Shown here piece by piece: positions 33,701 to 36,476 of a DNA stretch of 36,476 nucleotides. The first letter of the stretch is position 1. Each line of letters opens with the position of its first letter. Location of the stretch: NCBI GenBank assembly GCA_031388885.1, contig JANMSC010000087.1, positions 1 to 36,476 of the forward strand, given 5' to 3'. The position numbers were made by a program, and so were the translations under genes. A model generated the notes under the pieces. It was given only the letters and a program-made list of their open reading frames with translations. It was not told the origin of the DNA and ran no database searches. Source of the DNA: Gemmatimonadales bacterium (GTDB lineage Bacteria > Gemmatimonadota > Gemmatimonadetes > Gemmatimonadales > GWC2-71-9).

Positions 33701-33799
33701 GGCACCTGTGACGCCGAGCACCTTGAGGAACTGGCGTCGATCAACGCCCGCCTGTGCTTCGTCGGCCATCGCCGCTCCGGTCTCTGGAAGTCGCGTCAT
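30761..33799 (-). CDS. actB: Alternative complex III subunit ActB (fused molybdopterin-oxidoreductase-like B1 plus 4Fe-4S ferredoxin-like B2), Tat-exported
   Basis: Twin-arginine signal DRRQFLKVLGVTGAGAATLSGC. N-terminal Cys cluster CTECAIGCGIHV. C-terminal clusters CTGCSACVTACYAENN, CQHCDNAPCEPVCP, CVGTRYCSNNCPYKV, CTFC...ACAQACPSGAI. The start could be 33799 or the Met 10 codons downstream. Confidence 0.93.
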   Translation of the reverse strand: MTRLPETGAAMADEAQAGVDRRQFLKVLGVTGAGAATLSGCSTDRIAKLVPYMVQSEDQVPGVPTWYASTCTECAIGCGIHVKTREGRPIKLEGNPEHPVNAGTLCSRGQAGLQGLYNPDRLAGPMARNASGGFDAITWDDAITRFAAKLPGAQGRVAALNGYGPGTFSTLLDGWVAALGGRTVRFEPFAREAERSAVQRTWGRTDLPTYDFAAARYIVSFGADFLETWGPVIEQQRGFAASHGFADGTMARHVYVGPRMSLTGANADEWFAAPAGTEALVALAMANHLGNSSLAAYTPEAVAAETGIPAERIRAVAEGFRAAQPSLAVAGGIAAQHRGAIDLCHAVNLLNQAAGNVGRTVKFEAAPAVTDGYGATQALFADMARGAVALVIVHEANPLYALPQSGKFAEAFAKVPFKISTAQVMDETAAACDLVLPNLHALERWDDMRPRDGVVGLMQPVTQPIFAAMHTGDLLLATARKAGGVLAAFMAPTFEAHLQTEWATVAGADANAWRAALARGGQWNAPSPSDVLAPVPAQPALATADAAAFIKPAFDGDGEFTFVPYPSSMYFDGRGANKPWLLENPDPMTKITWQSWVEVHPDTAQRLDVREGEIVELTSPHGTIRAQVYVFPGVRPDTLAMPLGLGHTEYGRYAKGRGVNAMDLLGAADGQGFLPYVATRVSVARTGDYRKVAKTEGNPRQLGRGIIEAMSLMHAEQGMTPEEAYKAIGREPHDYNPPREDEAIDGWYEGQVEGMKIGEYSIEHAKWGMAIDLARCTGCSACVTACYAENNIPTVGEEQIFNGREMSWMRIERYWEGGSDGEPIEARFIPMLCQHCDNAPCEPVCPVYAAYHTPDGLNGQVYNRCVGTRYCSNNCPYKVRYFNWFKYNELAWPAPLHLQLNPEVTTRARGVMEKCTFCVQRIRGEQTRARLEDRPLRDGDIRPACAQACPSGAIEFGNVRDPDAKVVQWKRDPRGYRVLEDTNVRPAITYLARVLHQEPHVPAASAVYGEEH

Positions 33800-33800
33800 C

Positions 33801-34382
33801 TCAGTAATGGCAGGTGGTGCAATCGCGGGTGACGTTCCGTTCGAGGTGGCAGCTCACGCACCACCCCATGTTGTTCACGTTGTTGACCTTGTACACCTGC
33901 GGCATGCGCGCGACGTTGCCGTGACAGGTGGCGCACGCCTGCGCGCCGAGTGCCTTGATGTGCCGACTGTGCGGGAAGCGCACGTGACGTGCGACCTCGT
34001 GCACCCGGACCCACTCAACCGGCGTCCCCGCCGTCCACGCATCCGTCAGCTTCTTGATCTCGGCCTTGTGGGAGTCGGTGGTGCCCTTGACCACGGTGTG
34101 ACAGCCCATGCATGTCTGCATACTCGGAATCCCAGGCTCGGTCGAGACATTGACCGAGTAGTGGCAGTATTGGCACTGCATCTTCAGCTGGCCGGAATGA
34201 ATGTCGTGGCGGAAGAGGATCGGCTGCGTGGGACCCTTGAGCGACGAGGTGTCGAGCGTCGCGACGGGTGCAGCAGTGGCAGGAACTGCCGCCTGTTGCG
34301 CGTCAGACGGTCGAGTGAGGGCGAACACCGCCACCGCCGCCGCCGCCGTGGCGGCGAGCGGGAGGATGATCCGTTTGCTCAT
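33801..34382 (-). CDS. actA: Alternative complex III subunit ActA (pentaheme cytochrome c)
   Basis: N-terminal anchor/signal MSKRIILPLAATAAAAVAVFAL. Five CxxCH motifs: CQYCH, CMGCH, CATCH, CVSCH, CTTCH. Confidence 0.92.
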   Translation of the reverse strand: MSKRIILPLAATAAAAVAVFALTRPSDAQQAAVPATAAPVATLDTSSLKGPTQPILFRHDIHSGQLKMQCQYCHYSVNVSTEPGIPSMQTCMGCHTVVKGTTDSHKAEIKKLTDAWTAGTPVEWVRVHEVARHVRFPHSRHIKALGAQACATCHGNVARMPQVYKVNNVNNMGWCVSCHLERNVTRDCTTCHY

Positions 34383-34413
34383 ATCTGCTGACCGCCGAAG
34401 AGGATGCGGGGCA

Positions 34414-34442
34414 AACCTAGCCGACCCATGGGGTCTGTTCAA
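34414..34442 (-). promoter_or_regulatory. Candidate sigma-70-like promoter of the act operon (TTGAAC-N17-TAGGTT)
   Basis: Minus strand: TTGAAC (34442-34437), a 17-nt spacer, then TAGGTT (34419-34414), about 31 nt upstream of the actA ATG. This rests on pattern match only. Confidence 0.35.
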
Positions 34443-35282
34443 CTAGGGAATGGCGTCGCGTTCCGGCGGCGGCGCGCCACCCGGCTCGACGACGCCGTCG
34501 CGGCGACGTTCGAGCCGGGGAAGAACGCCGCGTCGGCGGAGAAAGTGGCCGATCTCCAGGCCGATGGCCCGGACGAGCGAGGTCTCGCGCTGGTCCAGGC
34601 CGGCCCGGAAGACGATCTCCCGGAATCCGCGCATCACCAGGTCAGGCTGCCGCTTCTTGAAGAACTCGACAGCGTTCAGCGCAGTCTCCCAGTCGGCGAA
34701 CAGTGCCTCGAGTTGTTCATGGGTCGCCGCCTGAGCCGCGTGCCTGGGGGTCTTGAATTCGATCGTGTCGCCCCCGCGAGCGACCCAGGTCTCGTGCGCC
34801 ATCACGGCCCACGCCTGAGCGAGGTTGAGCGACGAGTAGTCGGGGTTGGCGCTGATCGTCACCAGCGCGGCACATCGGTCGATCTCCTCGTTATGGAGAC
34901 CGCGGTCTTCGCGGCCCGCGAGGATGCCGACCTTGCCGCGCGCCGAACGCGCCACAAGCTCCTCCGCGGCGGCACGCGGGCGCATCATCGTCCGCTTGGC
35001 GGTGCGTTCGCGCCCGGTGAGCGCCACCACCCACGTAAGATCTGCAAAGGCGTCATCGAGCGTGTCGTGCGTCGTGATCCGTTCGAGCAGGTCAGCCGTG
35101 TTGTGGGCGATGCCTTCGATGCGATAGAAATCGACGTCGCACTCAGGCTGCACCAGGCGAATCGTCTCGATTCCGAAGTTCTTCGCGATCCGGATGCACG
35201 ACGCGAGGTTGACCAGATCCTGTACCGCCACGAGCACGAGCACCGGCGCATCACCCATGCGACGCTTCAATCCGTCATTCAT
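34443..35282 (-). CDS. trmJ: SpoU-class tRNA/rRNA 2'-O-methyltransferase, TrmJ-like
   Basis: ...VLVLVAVQDLVNLASCIRIAKNFG...ILAGREDRGLHNEEIDRCAALVTISANPDYSSLNLAQAWAVMAHE... (compare ANPEYSSLNLA in E. coli TrmJ). The ATG at 35282 overlaps the upstream TGA (ATGA). Confidence 0.85.
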   Translation of the reverse strand: MNDGLKRRMGDAPVLVLVAVQDLVNLASCIRIAKNFGIETIRLVQPECDVDFYRIEGIAHNTADLLERITTHDTLDDAFADLTWVVALTGRERTAKRTMMRPRAAAEELVARSARGKVGILAGREDRGLHNEEIDRCAALVTISANPDYSSLNLAQAWAVMAHETWVARGGDTIEFKTPRHAAQAATHEQLEALFADWETALNAVEFFKKRQPDLVMRGFREIVFRAGLDQRETSLVRAIGLEIGHFLRRRGVLPRLERRRDGVVEPGGAPPPERDAIP

Positions 35283-36184
35283 CCGCGCAGCGCCACGCCC
35301 GCGGCCTCCTCGGCGGCGCGAATTGGATCGAGGTAGTCGGCGCGCTCGCCCAGCTCGGCGCGCAACGCACGGAACAGGGTGCGCACATGCGCCGTGACCG
35401 GGTCGGCCACCCCAACCTCCTGAGCGAGGTCGTGGGCGATGCCGATGTCTTTTTCGAGCAGTGCCAGTCGGAAGAGGCGTGGCCAGGTACCGGTGAGCAC
35501 GCGATCGGGCACGAGAACTTCGCTCACGAATGATCGCCCGCTCGATGCGTTGAGCACCTCCACCATCGCACGTGGTGCCACGCCGGCCTTCGCCAGCGTC
35601 ACGAGGCCTTCGGCGAGCGCCGCGATGTGAATCGCGAGTAGCGCGTTGTTCACCGCCTTCATGGCGTGCCCCGCCCCAACTGGCCCGAGGTGCACAACCT
35701 TGGTGGCGAACGGACGCACCACGGCTTCCGCCCGCTCGACGTCCTGGGCAGACCCACCACACATCACGGTCAGCTCGCCCCGCAGGGCAAGCGGCGGCCC
35801 GCCACTCACCGGCGCATCGACGAATGCGATACCCCGCTCCGCCAGCCGTCCGGCGATCGCTCGCGAGGTGGCTGGATCACCCGAGGTACAATCGACCAGC
35901 AGCCCACCGGGCGACATACCCGCGAGCAGCCCGTCGGGCCCGCCGAGCAACGACTCGACGTCCGCCGACGTGGGCAGGCACGTCACCACGGCATCGGCAC
36001 CTGCGGCCAGGTCGCGAGGCGTTGCTACAACCGTCACGCCCTCATGCGCGCGGGCGAACACGGTCGCGCGGTCGGCGGTACGGTTCCAGACGGTGAGGGC
36101 GTGGACCGCGGCACATCGGGCAGCCATCGGCGTGCCGATCGCACCGAGGCCGGCGAAGCCGATGCGGAGGGGGGCGGGAGTCAT
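35279..36184 (-). CDS. NAD(P)-dependent oxidoreductase of the 3-hydroxyisobutyrate dehydrogenase / 2-hydroxy-3-oxopropionate reductase family
   Basis: RIGFAGLGAIGTPMAARC Rossmann opening, ...FVDAPVSGGPPLALRGELTVMCGG..., ...GAGHAMKAVNNALLA... Confidence 0.85.
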   Translation of the reverse strand: MTPAPLRIGFAGLGAIGTPMAARCAAVHALTVWNRTADRATVFARAHEGVTVVATPRDLAAGADAVVTCLPTSADVESLLGGPDGLLAGMSPGGLLVDCTSGDPATSRAIAGRLAERGIAFVDAPVSGGPPLALRGELTVMCGGSAQDVERAEAVVRPFATKVVHLGPVGAGHAMKAVNNALLAIHIAALAEGLVTLAKAGVAPRAMVEVLNASSGRSFVSEVLVPDRVLTGTWPRLFRLALLEKDIGIAHDLAQEVGVADPVTAHVRTLFRALRAELGERADYLDPIRAAEEAAGVALRG

Positions 36185-36216
36185 GGGGGAATCATAAGGC
36201 GTTACCGTTCGACCCC

Positions 36217-36476
36217 ATGTCCCTCCGCCTCATGCATGTCGACCTCGACGCGTTCTTCGTCGAGGTCTGCCGCCGGCACCAGCCGGAGCTGCGCGACATC
36301 GACCTGCTGGTCGTGGGCGGGCGGAAGGAATCCCGCGGTGTGGTGCAATCGGCGAGTTACGGTGCCCGCGCGTTCGGCGTGCGGGCCGGGATGCCGATCG
36401 CGCAGGCGGTGCGCCTCTGCCCGGGTGCGGTGTTCGTACGAGGTGAGTTCGTGCACTATCGCGACGCGTCGCGAGC
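36217..36476 (+). CDS. dinB: DNA polymerase IV (Y-family), 5' part, continues past the right edge
   Basis: Absent from the ORF track because it is open-ended. From the ATG at 36217: MSLRLMHVDLDAFFVEVCRRHQPELRDIDLLVVGG...GVVQSASYGARAFGVRAGMPIAQAVRLCP..., the canonical DinB N-terminus. Confidence 0.85.
   Translation, partial: MSLRLMHVDLDAFFVEVCRRHQPELRDIDLLVVGGRKESRGVVQSASYGARAFGVRAGMPIAQAVRLCPGAVFVRGEFVHYRDASR

Noticed and set aside
30680-33832. 1050-aa ORF on the plus strand
   Set aside because: It is exactly antisense to actB. The product is Arg/Ala/Gly/His-rich with no motifs. The minus-strand frame carries a Tat signal and multiple Fe-S Cys clusters. This is a typical high-GC shadow ORF.
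35283-35762. Extension of the TrmJ-like ORF to 439 aa
   Set aside because: It overlaps the 3-hydroxyisobutyrate-dehydrogenase-family gene in another frame. The product is Arg/Gly-rich. The ATGA-coupled start at 35282 gives a full-length SpoU-class protein.
36185-36216. Possible LexA/SOS box upstream of dinB (GTTACCGTTCGAC)
   Set aside because: It does not match any LexA consensus I can recall with confidence (CTGT-N8-ACAG, GAAC-N4-GTTC, GTTC-N7-GTTC). The match is too weak to report as a site.

Overview
The window is GC-rich bacterial chromosome (strong GC3 bias, so long spurious antisense ORFs occur in every frame). It is densely packed with short or overlapping gene junctions. I see no transposase, integrase, CRISPR array or rRNA. 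Gene content (alternative complex III, many secreted peptidases, LVIVD/YVTN propellers) fits a Gram-negative high-GC lineage such as Gemmatimonadota, Acidobacteriota or Myxococcota, but I cannot assign taxonomy from sequence alone.

Left to right:
1. A minus-strand, translationally coupled operon: Mn-SOD, a 33-codon peroxiredoxin-like mini-ORF, an NTF2-like lipoprotein, a PAS histidine kinase, a CusR-like response regulator and a CusS-like kinase that runs off the edge.
2. A polytopic membrane protein, a hypothetical protein, DUF167 and a parvulin/SurA-like lipoprotein.
3. An M28 peptidase, a stand-alone tRNA-Ala(UGC) bracketed by inverted heptamer tandem arrays, an OMP beta-barrel and DPP-IV.
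4. A small CxxC membrane protein and a divergent YVTN / Big_2+LVIVD propeller pair.
5. hemY, a small lipoprotein and an M6 (InhA-like) metalloprotease.
6. A plus-strand four-gene operon: serine-palmitoyltransferase-like alpha-oxoamine synthase, a large GNAT acyltransferase, an NAD-dependent SDR reductase and a PAP2 membrane enzyme. I interpret this as a candidate bacterial ceramide/phosphosphingolipid pathway. It is the most interesting system here.
7. A plastocyanin-like cupredoxin lipoprotein, a Cys-rich protein and an ECF sigma factor with no anti-sigma partner.
8. A (GTTAGCC)6 array plus a bidirectional terminator.
9. A complete actABCDEF alternative complex III operon.
10. A TrmJ-like methyltransferase, a 3-hydroxyisobutyrate-dehydrogenase-family oxidoreductase and the 5' end of dinB.

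All family assignments come from motif recognition by eye. No searches were run.
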